64,000 nucleotides of DNA from Dendrobates tinctorius (GCF_039654945.1 NW_027361739.1:10168001-10232000), one strand, 5' to 3'; numbered from the stretch's first letter, positions 1 through 12,495 are shown. Notes: a model not told the origin generated them from the sequence alone. Numbers and translations: made by a program.

Positions 1-332
1 GAGAGAGAGAGAGACAGAGAATTTTTCAGCCGCCAGAACAGAGTTTAGGGTTAAATTTGCGGCTGAGTGAAGTCCTCCGGGCATGCGCAATGAGAAATGC
101 GGATCCAGCCGCCTGAAAAAACGTTGCATTGTCCGTCCGGGCATGTCAGCAGACGCCAAAATTTTGGCGGATCCGCAAAAAAAGGATCCAACGGATGGCC
201 ATCCGTCAAGATCCGCCAGTAATGCAACTCAATGGGACAAAAAACGGATCCGCCAAGCAAAATGGCGGATCCGTTTTTTTTGCAAAACAGCGGATTTTGA
301 CTGATGGTAACAGACGGATGTGTGAAGCAGGC
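1..332. mobile_element. Right part of a Harbinger-type non-autonomous MITE (ggatcc-rich family)
   Basis: Ends in gtgtgaagcaggcc followed by taa. The interior resembles the complete MITE at 25113-25577. Confidence 0.6.
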
Positions 333-344
333 CTAAGACACGCC

Positions 345-2047
345 CACCTGAAGTGATCTGCCTATCAAATATAACAACAAATACAGGCAATCAGCTTCTG
401 ATAACCATTTGCCGATCGAATCCTCGAGTTCTTGCCACAGACGCCAAACTGTCACATACCTACACCAAGTACCTAAAGCGACAGAACTCCTCACCAGCCT
501 CAACGCCATATGGAAACTAGATCCCACAACCACCTGGGGTATGCTGTCTGGAGCTGCACTGCGTCCGGTGCCAGCTCTCGAAAGCAATTCCACTGGAAGC
601 AAGACAATGCATCAGCTATTGAGTTCTGATCCTCTGGCACATGATCAGCACATAACCAATCATTGTAATCTAGACATCTGAGCACTAGATGGCATAACAG
701 AGATAAAAACAGAAGCAAATCAGCTGATAAGTTGGTATTACACTGCACCACACCTAGATTGTCACAAAAGGAGCATACCCTCTTATTCCTGAGTTCTGTT
801 CTCCAGATCTCCAAAGCTACAATGATAAGAAACATTTCCAACAATGTCAAATTCCTCAGCAAACCTGCAGCTTTCCATGCCTCCAGGCATTCCCCCAAGC
901 ACCTTTTTCCATCAAAGAAAGCCCCAAATCCACAAGAACCAGACGCGTCCACAAACACCAAGTTAACGTTAGATACCACCTGATCTATCCAAACTGATCT
1001 TCCATTATATGTCTTCAAAAACCTCGAAATTAATTGCACATGGTGCATAGGATGCTTAACACTAGCCATAGCCTGGACCCATCTCCTTGAATAACTCTAC
1101 CCATGGAAAGAATTCTGCTAACAAAACGGAGTTTACCCAAAAGAGATTGCAATTGCCGGAGATGCACTTTTTCGGCCTGTAATTTCTTCTGGGCATAAGC
1201 CTTCAAATCCTTCAACTTATCCTCTAGTAGGTGGCATTTCATCTTAAGAGTATCCATTTTGTTACCTTAACACTTTAAAACCATAGAAGGGCCCTTGGTT
1301 TTTACCAGAGCCAACAGAACGTCAAAACAGGAGGCCACATATTTAACTGTCCTGAGCAGCAATGAACAAACTGTGGAGCAAGCGGGCCCAATACACAAAA
1401 AATTGATTCAGTAAATGCAAAACCGAATCTATGCCTGATTCTTCCTTTGCTACCCACTTCGAATAACCCATGGGTAAACAACAATCCACATAAAATGTCT
1501 CTTCACAATAACAACCTAGCAAATAAAAACTTTCTGGATGTACCGGCTACAAGCAAAACGTGGACTCAATATCTGTTTTTGCCAAAAGAGACCAATTTCC
1601 CAAAAATGCCTACCCAGTCCACTGCCTTGTCAAACGAAACATAAGAAACAAACAACAGCAGGGGATCAATTCTGTCATTAACTGAATTGCCTGTAGGATA
1701 CAACAAATGGATCAGTCTAAATTTTCTTTTCAATCGCGGTCACTGCTGTCGTTATCTAATACCCTCTGGTTTTGTTCTTCTGTGGCAAAGTCAGGCTCAG
1801 GGACATCGCCAATGGCAACTTGCAAAGTTGACCCGCCGCTTGAACTGGACCTCCGACCTTGCAAACTGCGCTGTGTTGGAAGAGGAGAGACTTCAGCTGC
1901 ATGCCTTCGGCCAGCATCCCTGGAGCTCCTCTGTCCCCTCTCAGTCCCATCACGTCGCTTCTCCCTGTCATTCGCTTCTGGGTTAATCCTCTTCCGGCTT
2001 CTCTTACAGGTCTGCCTGACCTGCGACGCTGTGATCCTGATGCCACA
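345..2047 (-). mobile_element. Decayed DIRS1-like (tyrosine recombinase) retrotransposon; RT/RNase H region and start of the recombinase N-domain. Continues at ~6457-6600 beyond the CR1 insertion
   Basis: Fragmented ORFs carry DIRS-type motifs: LRQLQSLLGKLRF (RT end), FVDASGSCGFGA...LLE...CDNLGVV...HVP..NSIADALS (RNase H) and LVRSSVALGTW (integrase SAM-like). Confidence 0.75.
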
Positions 2048-2137
2048 GAATCATAGAATCATAGAATCATAGAATCGTAGAGTTGGAAGGGACCTCCTGG
2101 GCCATCTGGTCCAACCCCCTGCTCAAAGCAGGATTCG

Positions 2138-4870
2138 CTAAATCATCCCAGTCAGATGTCTGTCCAGCCTCTGTTTGAAGACTTCCATTGAAGGAGAACT
2201 CACCACTTCTCGTGGCAGCCTGTTCCACTCATTGATCACTCTAACTGTCAAAAAGTTTTTTCTAATATCTAATCTGTGTCTCTTCCCATTCAGTTTCATC
2301 CCATTGCTTCTAGTCTTTCCTTGTGCAAATGAGAATAAAGTTGATCCTTCTACAATGTGACAGCCCTTTAGATATTTGTAGACAGCTATTAAGTCTCCTC
2401 TCAGTCTTCTCTTTTGCAAACTAAACATTCCCAAATCCTGCAACCTTTCCTCATAAGACAGGGTTTGCAGACCGGTCACCATTCTGGTCGCTCTTTTCTG
2501 AACTTGCTCCAGTTTGTTGATGTCTTTTTTAAAATGTGGTGCCCAAAACTGGACACAATATTCCAGATGAGGTCTGACCAAAGAGGAGTAGAGGGAAATA
2601 ATGACTTCACGTGATCTAGACTGTATGCTTCTGTTAATACATCCTAGAATTGCATTTGCCTTTTTTGCTGCTGCATCACACTGTTGACTCATATTCAGTC
2701 TGTGATCTATTAGTATACCCAAGTCTTTTTCACATGTGCTGTCACTTAGCCCTATTCCTCCCATTCTATATATGCTTTTTTCATTTTTATTGCCCAGATG
2801 TAGTACTTTGCATTTCTCCCTGTTAAAAACCATTCTGTTAGTTGCTGCCCACTTCTCCAGTTTATTTAAATCTTTTTGAATCCTCTCTCTCTCTTCTCTA
2901 GTATTAGCTATCCCTCCTAGCTTTGTGTCATCAGCAAATTTAATCAGTTTACCCTCAATTCCTTCATCTAAATCGTTGATAAAGATGTTGAACAATACAG
3001 GGCCCAGGACAGAGCCCTGTGGTACCCCACTTGAGACATTCTTCCAACTGGATGTGCAGCCATTTACGACCACTCTTTGGGTCCGATCACTAAGCCAGTT
3101 ATGAATCCACCTAACAGTTGCCTTGTCCATTCCATACTTAGTCATTTTTTCAATAAGGATTGTATGAGAGACTTTGTCAAATGCTTTGCTGAAGTCAAGA
3201 TATACTATATCTACAGCATTTCCTTGATCCACCCAATCAGTGATACCGTCATAGAAGGAAATTAAGTTAGTCTGACATGACTTATTAGTTAGAAACCCAT
3301 GCTGACTCTGTTTAATCACTTCATTCTTATCCAGGTATTGACATACATGTTGTTTAATAATTTGTTCAAAGATCTTTCCTGGTATAGAAGTCAGACTCAC
3401 CGGCCTATAGTTGCCTGGGTCCACCTTCTTCCCCTTTTTGAAGATAGGAACAACATTTGCTCTTCTCCAGTCTTCTGGCACTTCTCCTGTTCTCCAAGAA
3501 TTTTCAAAGATTATGGAGAGGGGTTCAAAAATTTCTTCTGCTATCTCCTTCAGTACTCTGGGGTGTAATTCATCTGGACCTGGAGACTTGAATTCATTTA
3601 GGTTAGCTAAGTGTTTCCTCACTATCTTTCTGTTTATAGATATCCTGGATTCTTCTATTCCCTTAATAGGACAGTGAATAACAGTTGATGTTGCATTTCC
3701 TTTCTGAGAGAAAACAGATGCAAAATAGGAATTTAAAAGTTCAGCCTTCTCAACATCCTGTCTTACCATTTCATCATTTTCATCCTGTAAAAATCCTATA
3801 GCATCTTTGACTTTTCTTTTACTTTTGACATATCCCCAAAATCCTTTATTATTGCTTTTGACATCTCTTGCAAGCCTCAGTTCATTTTCAGCTTTAGATA
3901 ATCTGATTTGTGCCCTGCAAGTTCTGCAGACAGCATTATATTCTTCTTTAGATATGCCTCCCTCTTTCCATTTTATAAACATTTTTTTCTTCCTTTTTAG
4001 CATGTGCTTAAGTTCTGTGTTCATCCATCCTGGTTTCCTTAAATGCTTCCTATTCTTCCCTCTTTTCGGAATTGTTAACAACTGTGCTTTGAGAATTTCA
4101 TTTTTCAAGATTTCCCATCCTTCCTGGACATTTTTGTCTTTAAGGATATCCAGCCATTGGATCCCTCCAATTCTCTTTCTGAATCCCTTAAAATCTGCCT
4201 TTCTGAAATCTAACCTTGACGTCTGAGTCTTCACAGGTCTTCCACCTCTAGTAATCCAAAATTCTAAAATAGCATGGTCGCTACCTCCTAGGGTCCCAGC
4301 CACTTTTACCTCCTCAACCATTTCCTCCCTGTTTATAAGGATTAGATCCAAGGTAGCAGTTCCCCTTGTTTTCTCCCTTACCTTTTGGAAGATAAAGTTG
4401 TCAGCAAGAGAGGATAAGAATTTCCTTGACCTGTTAGTTTTGCCTGAGAGAGATTCCCAACAAATGTCTGGATAGTTGAAATCTCCCATGACAACTATGT
4501 GATATTTTTTGGAGAACTTGGCCATCTGATGCATAAAGAGTTCATCTATATCTTCGGCTTGCACAGGCGGCCTGTAGTAAATGCCTACAATGGTGTCCTT
4601 TCCATTGTTCTGTCCTTGTATTCTTACCCAAACAGTTTCCACAGAACTCCCAGTCTCTGAAGCTTCAATCTCTGTGCAGATATACGCGTTTCGAACATAC
4701 AATGCGACACCCCCTTCTCGTTTATCAAGTCTGTTTCTTGCAAATAAGTTGTATCCTTCTAGTCTTGTATTCCAATCATGTGTATTGTCCCACCAAGTTT
4801 CAGTGATTCCAATTACATCATATTTCTGTTCCTGTGTTAGTAGTTCCAATTCTCCTTGTTTGTTGCCCAT
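2138..4870 (-). CDS. CR1 ORF2: APE endonuclease + reverse transcriptase (frame stays open upstream to at least 5059)
   Basis: 910 aa with no stops. Motifs: ITETWW, GDFNYP, SDH (APE); YRPVSLTS, YLDFSKAFD, GVPQGSVLGP, FADD (RT). Confidence 0.96.
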   Translation of the reverse strand: MGNKQGELELLTQEQKYDVIGITETWWDNTHDWNTRLEGYNLFARNRLDKREGGVALYVRNAYICTEIEASETGSSVETVWVRIQGQNNGKDTIVGIYYRPPVQAEDIDELFMHQMAKFSKKYHIVVMGDFNYPDICWESLSGKTNRSRKFLSSLADNFIFQKVREKTRGTATLDLILINREEMVEEVKVAGTLGGSDHAILEFWITRGGRPVKTQTSRLDFRKADFKGFRKRIGGIQWLDILKDKNVQEGWEILKNEILKAQLLTIPKRGKNRKHLRKPGWMNTELKHMLKRKKKMFIKWKEGGISKEEYNAVCRTCRAQIRLSKAENELRLARDVKSNNKGFWGYVKSKRKVKDAIGFLQDENDEMVRQDVEKAELLNSYFASVFSQKGNATSTVIHCPIKGIEESRISINRKIVRKHLANLNEFKSPGPDELHPRVLKEIAEEIFEPLSIIFENSWRTGEVPEDWRRANVVPIFKKGKKVDPGNYRPVSLTSIPGKIFEQIIKQHVCQYLDKNEVIKQSQHGFLTNKSCQTNLISFYDGITDWVDQGNAVDIVYLDFSKAFDKVSHTILIEKMTKYGMDKATVRWIHNWLSDRTQRVVVNGCTSSWKNVSSGVPQGSVLGPVLFNIFINDLDEGIEGKLIKFADDTKLGGIANTREERERIQKDLNKLEKWAATNRMVFNREKCKVLHLGNKNEKSIYRMGGIGLSDSTCEKDLGILIDHRLNMSQQCDAAAKKANAILGCINRSIQSRSREVIISLYSSLVRPHLEYCVQFWAPHFKKDINKLEQVQKRATRMVTGLQTLSYEERLQDLGMFSLQKRRLRGDLIAVYKYLKGCHIVEGSTLFSFAQGKTRSNGMKLNGKRHRLDIRKNFLTVRVINEWNRLPREVVSSPSMEVFKQRLDRHLTGMI

Positions 4871-5049
4871 GCTTTGTGCATTAGTATAGAAACATTTTAG
4901 TTTGTGATTGGTTTCTCTTTCTCCAATATTTTTATTAATTAGATTCTTTCGTCTTTGTTCTTCCTTTCCACTTCTAATAGCAGAGTTCTCAATAGCATTT
5001 GTCAGGTGTATGGCTTTTTCTGGTCTTTTGCTTCCCTTCCCATGTTGTT

Positions 5050-6012
5050 CTAGTTTAAAGCTCTCCTTACAAGTGTAGCAAGGCGACTTCCAAATACATG
5101 CTTTCCAGTCTTCATAAGGTGCACCCCATCTCTAGCAAGTAGTCCATCGTATAAGTAGTTCACTCCGTGATCCAGAAATCCAAATCGTTGCTGACGGCAC
5201 CATCGACGTAGCCAGTTGTTCACCTGCAGAATCTTATTCCACCTCCTTGTTCCATGGCCATCCACTGGGAGGATGGAAGAGAAGACCACCTGCGCTCCCA
5301 GTTCTTTCACTTTCTTGCCTAAGTCTTCAAAGTCTCTGCAGATGATTTCCAGGTCGTTTCTTGCGGTGTCATTTGTCCCCACATGTAGTAGCAGGAATGG
5401 GTAGTCATCTGTAGGTCTGAAGAGTCCTGATATCCTGTCAGACACATCTTTAATTTTTGCACCTGGAAGACAGCACATTTCTCTTGTAGTTATATCCGGT
5501 CTGCAGATAGCGGCCTCTGTTCCTCTCAGCAGGGAATCCCCCATGACCACCACTCTCCGTTTCTTCTTCACAACATTTTTCTTTCTCCATCCAGGAGGAC
5601 TCTGAGGGAGTACAAGGTTGCTGTTTGTTGGCAAAGTCTTATCCTGATGTATTTCTTCATCGTTTTCCTGCGTGAGAGCCTGGTACTGGTTTCTGAGCAG
5701 TATGGGTGCTGACTGCCTCCTGATCCTCCTGCTTCTCTGGGTCACATGTCTCCATTCCTCTGTTTCTTCAGGTGCACTTCGAATTTCTTCTCTTTCTGTA
5801 ACATGAAGAGATAATTCTGCTCTGTCCAAGAACTCTTCACCTTCCTTAATGATCTTCAACGTAGCTAACCTCTCTTCGAGATTTTGCAACTTTTCCTCCA
5901 ACAGGGACACAAGCTTGCATTTGTGGCATGTGAAGTTTGGCTTTTCCACTGGTAAATCTGTGAACATGTAGCAAGAAATGCAGCTCACCAAATGGCTCCT
6001 GGCCTCTTCCAT
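5050..6012 (-). CDS. CR1 ORF1: zinc finger/leucine zipper + SGNH esterase-like domain
   Basis: CxxC...CxxC followed by a coiled coil, then GDSLLRG, HVGTND and DGVH motifs. First ATG is at 6012; the ORF track extends to 6102 from a non-ATG start. Confidence 0.92.
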   Translation of the reverse strand: MEEARSHLVSCISCYMFTDLPVEKPNFTCHKCKLVSLLEEKLQNLEERLATLKIIKEGEEFLDRAELSLHVTEREEIRSAPEETEEWRHVTQRSRRIRRQSAPILLRNQYQALTQENDEEIHQDKTLPTNSNLVLPQSPPGWRKKNVVKKKRRVVVMGDSLLRGTEAAICRPDITTREMCCLPGAKIKDVSDRISGLFRPTDDYPFLLLHVGTNDTARNDLEIICRDFEDLGKKVKELGAQVVFSSILPVDGHGTRRWNKILQVNNWLRRWCRQQRFGFLDHGVNYLYDGLLARDGVHLMKTGKHVFGSRLATLVRRALN

Positions 6013-6075
6013 CTTGAGATTTCTTAAAAACGATGAAAGATGAGCCAAATTTCGCACGCCGATAGGCGCGCGGTT

Positions 6076-6456
6076 TTTCCAATTTCCTCTTTTCAGCTGC
6101 AACGGCCAAAACCCAGTGATCGTTGAGCTCGCGGAGACTCTTCACTTATCCCAGAAGGCACTGGGAATATGCAAATGATCTCCTCAAGACTCTTCCCCTG
6201 GTTTTCCGATTTCCTCTTTTCAGCTGCAACGGCCAAAACCCAGTGATCGTTGAGCTCGCGGAGACTCTTCACTTATCCCAGAAGGCACTGGGAATATGCA
6301 AATGATCTCCTCAAGACTCTTCCCCTGGTTTTCCGATTTCCTCTTTTCAGCTGCAACGGCCAAAACCCAGTGATCGTTGAGCTCGCGGAGACTCTTCACT
6401 TATCCCAGAAGGCACTGGGAATATGCAAATGATCTCCTCAAGACTCTTCCCCTGGT
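6076..6456 (-). repeat. Three tandem 127-bp monomers forming the CR1 5' end (candidate internal promoter)
   Basis: Near-identical 127-bp units (the identical ORFs at 6123 and 6250 are 127 apart). Each contains the octamer ATGCAAAT. Confidence 0.9.
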
Positions 6457-6770
6457 CGTTCCCTTAAATACCCCTTCCTGAGGACCATCCCACCCACCAA
6501 TTAGGTAAGCACCATTCCCCCCTGGATTTCACTGTCTCCCTTCCCTAAATCTTCACATTTTTCCCACATCATATCCCATTAACCACTTAGAACCCAAAAC
6601 TCAGGGTTGAAAGTAAAATAAACAATCAAGATAGTGATAAAATATGCAAAAACATAAAAAGATAATAAGTGGAATCAAACTTGTCATGGAGCATTTTTTA
6701 AAAATAAGAGGAGGTATGTGAATGTTGGTCTGAGATGTGTTTGGAAAAATATTCTGTTTGTATAATCAAA

Positions 6771-7420
6771 CAGACGTGCGAGCAAAAGTTTTAGGCAGGT
6801 GAGGAAAAAATGCTGCAAAGTAAGAATGTTTTCAAAAATAGAAGTCTTAATAGTTTATCAATTAACAAAATGCAAAGTGAATGAATAAAAGATAAATCTA
6901 AATCACTTCAATATTTGGTGTGAACACTTTTTCCCTTCAAAAACATGATTTCTTCTAGGTACATTCACACAAAAGGATTTTGTAGGATTATAGTCAGGTG
7001 TGAGTAGGATAATGATCATGATGATGATTTTCATATGTAGGTTGAAACATTACTAACTGAAACAGGAGCAGCTTATAGGAGGTATAAAAAAGGTAAGAAA
7101 CAGCCAAACTCTGCTACAAAGGTTATTTGTGAAAAACAGTTTCATGTCACAGGTCATACATCATGGTAAGACTAAGCACAGCAACAAGACACAATGTAGT
7201 TATACTGCATCAGCAAGGTCTCTCCCAGGCAAAGATTTTAAAGCAGACTGGTGTATCAAGATGTGCTATTCAAGCTCTTTTGAAGACCCGTCAAGTAATG
7301 AGCAATGCTGAAGATCGTAAACTCCCTCATCAGCCAAGGTAACTTAGTATAGAAAATTAAAGTAACTTCATACTTACATCCCTTTAAAATAGGAGGATGT
7401 ACAGCAGAACCACTGGCAGC
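6771..7420 (+). mobile_element. Degenerate Tc1-like transposon 5' fragment
   Basis: TIR-like start (cagacgtgcgagcaaaagtttta) and a decayed transposase N-terminal region. Confidence 0.5.
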
Positions 7421-8025
7421 ATAGGTCTATTATAATGAGGGCAATCTAGGCTACCGCCTAGGGCCCGAGGCTCCATGGGAACCATTGCCAAATTGCCCTC
7501 ATTATAATGTTTTGTGGGCTGCCATCTGCAGCTCACATATCCTGGCAGGGACTATTCCTGGTGCTGTTCTGCAGACGATGCTGAATGGCAGCGCACCTCT
7601 AGGGGAGCTCTCCCGTTGCCTCTGCTGTGATGTGTCATCGCGCTAGCATGTAAACGCTGGCCAGACTAGAAATGAAGCCTTGGGGACCAGACCAGAGCGC
7701 TAGGGGAACTGGAGGGAGGCGAGTATGTGTTTTGTTTTTATTTATTAATATGTTATGGGATGTGCAGGCTCACATTGTATACTGGAGCATATATAGAGGT
7801 TTCATTCTGTATATAGGGGGCTATATGGGGCACACACTGTATATAGGAGGCTTTGTGCAGGCTCACACTGTATATAGGAGGCTAGATGAGGTCTCATACT
7901 GTATATAGGGGGATATGTGCAGGTTCATACTGTGCATAGGAGGATAAGTGTGGGCTCATACTGTATACAGGAGGCTATGTGTGGGCTCATACAGTATATA
8001 GTAGGCTATATGGGGGTTAATACTA

Positions 8026-10660
8026 TACTTTAGTGGCCAAAATTGTAGATACACTTGAAGTTTTTAATAATTTTCGAGGCTTCTGGAACTTTCAGCAATT
8101 TTACTTGCTTAATTACGTAATTATATTTATAGCCCAGGCAAGCAATCTGTTACTAAAGATATCGGGAGACTTGTTCTTGATATTTTATCGGTAGTTTTTG
8201 TAATTTTGACAAGAAATACTGGACTTCGTTCTCTGTGAGTAAAATTCATACATTTTTAGTTATATGTTAACTTTTCTTTATGTCCGCATTAAATTAAAAA
8301 TAGTGTTTTAAAGCTACAGTTGTCACTTGATCCTTTCATTATAGGTCCTACAGGCTTTAATTTCTTTAATTTCAAACTATTTAGAATTTTTATTTCTTAT
8401 ATTTTATTAATATTTAAAATTTAATTTTTTTAAATAAATAATTAATTATAAATGTCTATTTTGAGCTCACAAACTCCTGAATGATTGTTTGTTTGTTTTT
8501 TCAGATTTTAGTCATGCCAGCCAAAAAGAGGTCTGATTGGTCTCCAAAAAAGAGAGCTACGGCTATTGCTTTGATTAAAGTTTCAGGGAAATTGCTAGGA
8601 AGATGGGTGGTTGAGTTACTGCTTCTGGAGTGCAAAAGCTGCGTTCACATTTTGCTTATAGTTGCAGCATCAAAATTAAGAGTGGAAGAGGAAGGAAAAA
8701 GGCAACAACTCCAAAAACAGACGGAAGAATTGTTAGGTTAACCTTGCAAAATAGAAGAGCATCAGCCAAGGAATTCAACCAGTTCTTGCACAATGGAGGA
8801 GTTTCGGTGTTGCATAGAGCAGTACGTCGTCGATTACTTGATACCGGTCTGAAAGCATGAATACCAAGAAAAAAGACATAACTAGATCTTAAACAGAGAA
8901 GTAAGAGAATTTCCTGGGCCAAAAAACATCTTAGCTGGACAACTAAAGATTGGAAGAAAGTAATCTGCAGCGATGAAACGAGAATATCAATTTTTGGTAG
9001 TGACGAGTGAGTTATGTCTGGAGAAGGCCAAAGGAAGACTGTGTTCCAGAGTGTATGACAGCTACAATGAAATATCCTGAGAGTGTTATGATATGGGGCT
9101 GTATGTCCTGGCATGGGATTGGGAGAATACAGGTCCTTGAGGGAACTGTAAATGCTTCGAAATATATTCATGATGTCCTTGAACCAAAGCTCATCCCATC
9201 AATTTGTGACCTTGGCAGGGAACAGACCGAAATTATTTTTCAACAGGATGGAGCACCATGTCACACTGCAAAGCAATATCTAAAATGGCTTGAAAGCAAA
9301 CAAATTTCTGTGCTTTTATGGCCAGGAAACAGTCCTGATCTGAATCCCAATCAAAAATCTGTGGTCAAGATTAAAGCTATTGGTTTCTAGTAAGCGACCG
9401 AGCAACAAACAGGCATTGACTGCAGCTGTTACCAGTTCCTGGTACCATGTTATCACCACAGAGAACCTGAGAAGTCTTGCTGAATCAATGCCAAGGAGGT
9501 GCAAAGCTGTTATTGATGCTAAAGATACCCTACACGCTACTAAAGAAAGAACACATAGGGATAGCATGAAATTAACATACTAGGACGTTGTTGTGAATTC
9601 CCTTGCTCGGAGTTCTGAGCCGAAGCTCCATCTGGTGGTTACTGAGAGTAGTGGAGCTGGCCAGGTTGATGGAGGTTCTCCACCTGATGACGATAATTGG
9701 GAACCTGGGATTCCTGGATGGGAGCATATAATTGAGCTGGCTGCTCATGGAGATTGCTGGTGATTTCCTCCGTGTGCATTTGGAGTTCATTTGTCCCCTG
9801 CCTGATCTGCATGGTTCAGCTAAGTGATTCTTTTGCTAATCCTTTGCATCTAATCTGGTTGTGTCTTTTTTTGCTTTCTGTTTTGCTGCTAGGGTTCAGC
9901 GTGCTCCCTGCTGGGGGCAGCGCTGGGCCCTGCTTCATATGTTGCAGCTTGTTCAGTCCCCTGCTATGTTGGTATCTTTTTGCTTTGCTGAGAGTTTATA
10001 CCAGAGGGCTGATCTAGCGGGGATGAGGTCATGTGACCTCAGTTTTTTTGTATATCAGAAAGGTTGGACTTTTTTAGGGTTTTGTGCGTGATTGCAGACA
10101 GTATCTTTTCTGTCCTGTCCTGTCAAGACAGCTTGGGCCCCACCGTTTGCTCAGTCTGTTCTCTGCCTGTGTTTGTGTTTCATCTTGTCTCACCGACAAT
10201 ATATGTTTGGGGGCTGTCTATTCCTTTGGGGATCTGCTCCGGGGCAGTTTAGATTTCACTTTTCTGTCTTTAGGCTTAGTTAGTTCTCCGGCTGTGATGA
10301 AACGTCTAGGGCATCGTAGGAATGCTCCACGGCTACTGCTAGTTGTGTTGATAGGATCAGGTGTCTGCAATCCGCTATGTTACCAACCTCTCTGGTCTTC
10401 TGGTGGCTTAGCCTGTTCCTGCCATCCTCCTCGGTGACCCATTCATAGCAGAACATGATATTTTGATTCAGCCATTCCGCTGTCATTACCGAAGTAATAA
10501 AATATTTTGCATTATGGTAACCTTTTTTCTATGTAGAGGTGTCTAATCTACCTTAGACTACTTGTGGCATTATTGTTATAAACACTTTGTATGATTGCAT
10601 GCTAAAAACTTTAAAAAATTACAAAAATTTGAAGTGTATCCACAGTTTTGGTCACTGGTG
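8026..10660 (+). mobile_element. Tc1-like DNA transposon with a pseudogenised transposase (~8514-9530)
   Basis: Imperfect TIRs (agtggccaaaattgtagatacac / gtgtatccacagttttggtcact) with a TA flank. Transposase motifs SDETR, FQQDGAPCH and WPGNSPDLNP are spread over frameshifted ORFs. Confidence 0.88.
9589..10450 (+). mobile_element. Solo LTR related to the Gypsy family at 40665 and 50804, inserted in the Tc1 3' region
   Basis: TG...CA ends (tgttgtgaattc ... cattcatagca). Similar to the reverse complement of those LTRs. Degenerate flanks ggacgt/gaacat. Confidence 0.8.
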
Positions 10661-12096
10661 TATATAGGAGGCTATACAGGACCTCATACTGGATACAGGA
10701 GGCTATGTGCAGGCTCACACTGTATATAAGGGGCTATGTGTGGGCTCATATTGTATATAGGAGGATATGTGCAGGTTCACACTGTATACAGGAGGCTATG
10801 TGCTGGGTCATACTGTATATAAGAGGCTATATGCGGGCTCATACTGTATATAAGAGGCTATGTGTGTGCTTATACTGTATACAGGATGCTATATGGGGGC
10901 TTACACTCTATATAGGAGGTTATGTGTGTACTCATACGCTATACAGGAGGCTATGTGCAGGCTCACACTGTATACAAGAGGCCATGTGCAGGCTCTTACT
11001 GTATATAGGAGGCTATATGGGGCTTACACTATATAGGAAGCTGTGTGGGCTCATACTGTATCTAGGAGGCTATATGGGGGCTGATACTGTTTCAACTTAT
11101 TGTGCAAACCTCCACTGTCAGGAACGGAATTGTGAAAACTAGTCCCTATCTTCCCTCATTTCTGCTCTAATTTTTTTAAATCACTGTTTTTCTGTGGAAA
11201 TGTGTGTGCATTTATGTCTTTATGTGTGGGGTTTTTAAACTAACCAAAAAAAGAAAGAATTTTTTAATGTTTTTTTTGTTATGGTTTACATGTATAATGG
11301 CCCCATAGGTTGATTGCTTTGCTTGTTAATTGAGGGGGCTATGTGGAAGCTCATATTGTATGTAAGAGGCTATGTGGGGGGTCATACTGTATATAGGGGG
11401 TTGTCGGCATGCTTAATTCTGCTCAATATTTAGTCATACAATTATTAATAATTATTTTTTTATGTTGTATTAATATTGAGCAAAATTAATTTCAGCCTAT
11501 TCGTTCGGCCTCCACAATAGTCACAGTCTGTCATGTGGCTCCTTGAGAACATTAATCTCCCATCCCTACTCTGTTTTGTATAGTGCTATATTATTTATAC
11601 TGCTGTACATAAAAAACGAAAAATTTTGCTATGCGCCGTGATCTCTGCCGTTTTCCGTGTACAGATGTGCCTCAGAACACCCTTGTGTTACTCACAAGAC
11701 CTATCAATGGGAGTCATGTGACATGTCACGTGATACAGCGGGTACCTGAAAGGGTGATTGTGGGGAACCCACACCTTCTGAACTTCCCAGGGTCCTGGCT
11801 ACTCCTAATCCACCCCTGACTGTGGGACACAGTTACACATATTTCCTGTTTGGAGTAGCCATTCCCTTATTTATTCAGACAGTATATTTCTGTACACAGA
11901 CTGTTTGCATACAATGTGCAGATCTTTGCTAAGCAGCAGTTAAAAGGAGCCTCTAAAGAAACAAGAAATCGGCATTAAAACAGCACTTTAATATAGTGTT
12001 TATGAGAAAAGGAAGCAAAGTAAGGAAATAAAGATTATTACAACAATTCATAACTTTCCAATGCCTGGAAGATAATTAAAAAAAACGTATTCATTG

Positions 12097-12495
12097 AGGA
12101 AGCACTTCCACAAAACTTTTTTATGGCCTAACCTGTGTATAAATGTATGTAGTGTAGCGTAAATGGGGTAATATACTCACCAATCCCTGTCTTGCCCAGT
12201 TTGGTCCTCTTCAAACTCACTTGACTGCAATTCCTACTTGCGAGATCACACTGGGGTCTGTGTGTCAGCCAGAAGTCCCTTTTACAATTTAAATCTAAGA
12301 AGCGTCAGTGACTTCCGGTTCACACAGCGTCACCTGACAGGTTGGAATAGAAGTCAAGTGACCCAGAACAGGACCAGACCGGCACTGAAAATAGGGGAAA
12401 ATCTCGATCAGTGAGTATATTAATGCACTTACATTGCACTACTTATACATTCACATAGGTTTAGGCAATAAAACATTTTGCTGAAGTGCTTCTCT
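12097..12495. mobile_element. Fold-back MITE with ~80-bp imperfect inverted ends
   Basis: gaagcacttc...atatactcac at the left end; gtgagtatat...gaagtgcttc at the right end. Confidence 0.6.

Larger units (their letters stand above)
2048..6456 (-). mobile_element. Full-length CR1-clade LINE, apparently intact
   Basis: Has a 5' tandem repeat region, ORF1, ORF2, a short CR1-type 3'UTR and an (ATTCTATG)n tail (plus strand catagaat repeats at ~2048-2078). No TSD seen. Confidence 0.95.
7760..11400. repeat. Degenerate ~31-bp minisatellite (ctcatactgtatataggaggctatgtg...) split by the Tc1 at 8026-10660
   Basis: Repeat units at 7760-8020, 10660-11090 and 11335-11400. Confidence 0.8.
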
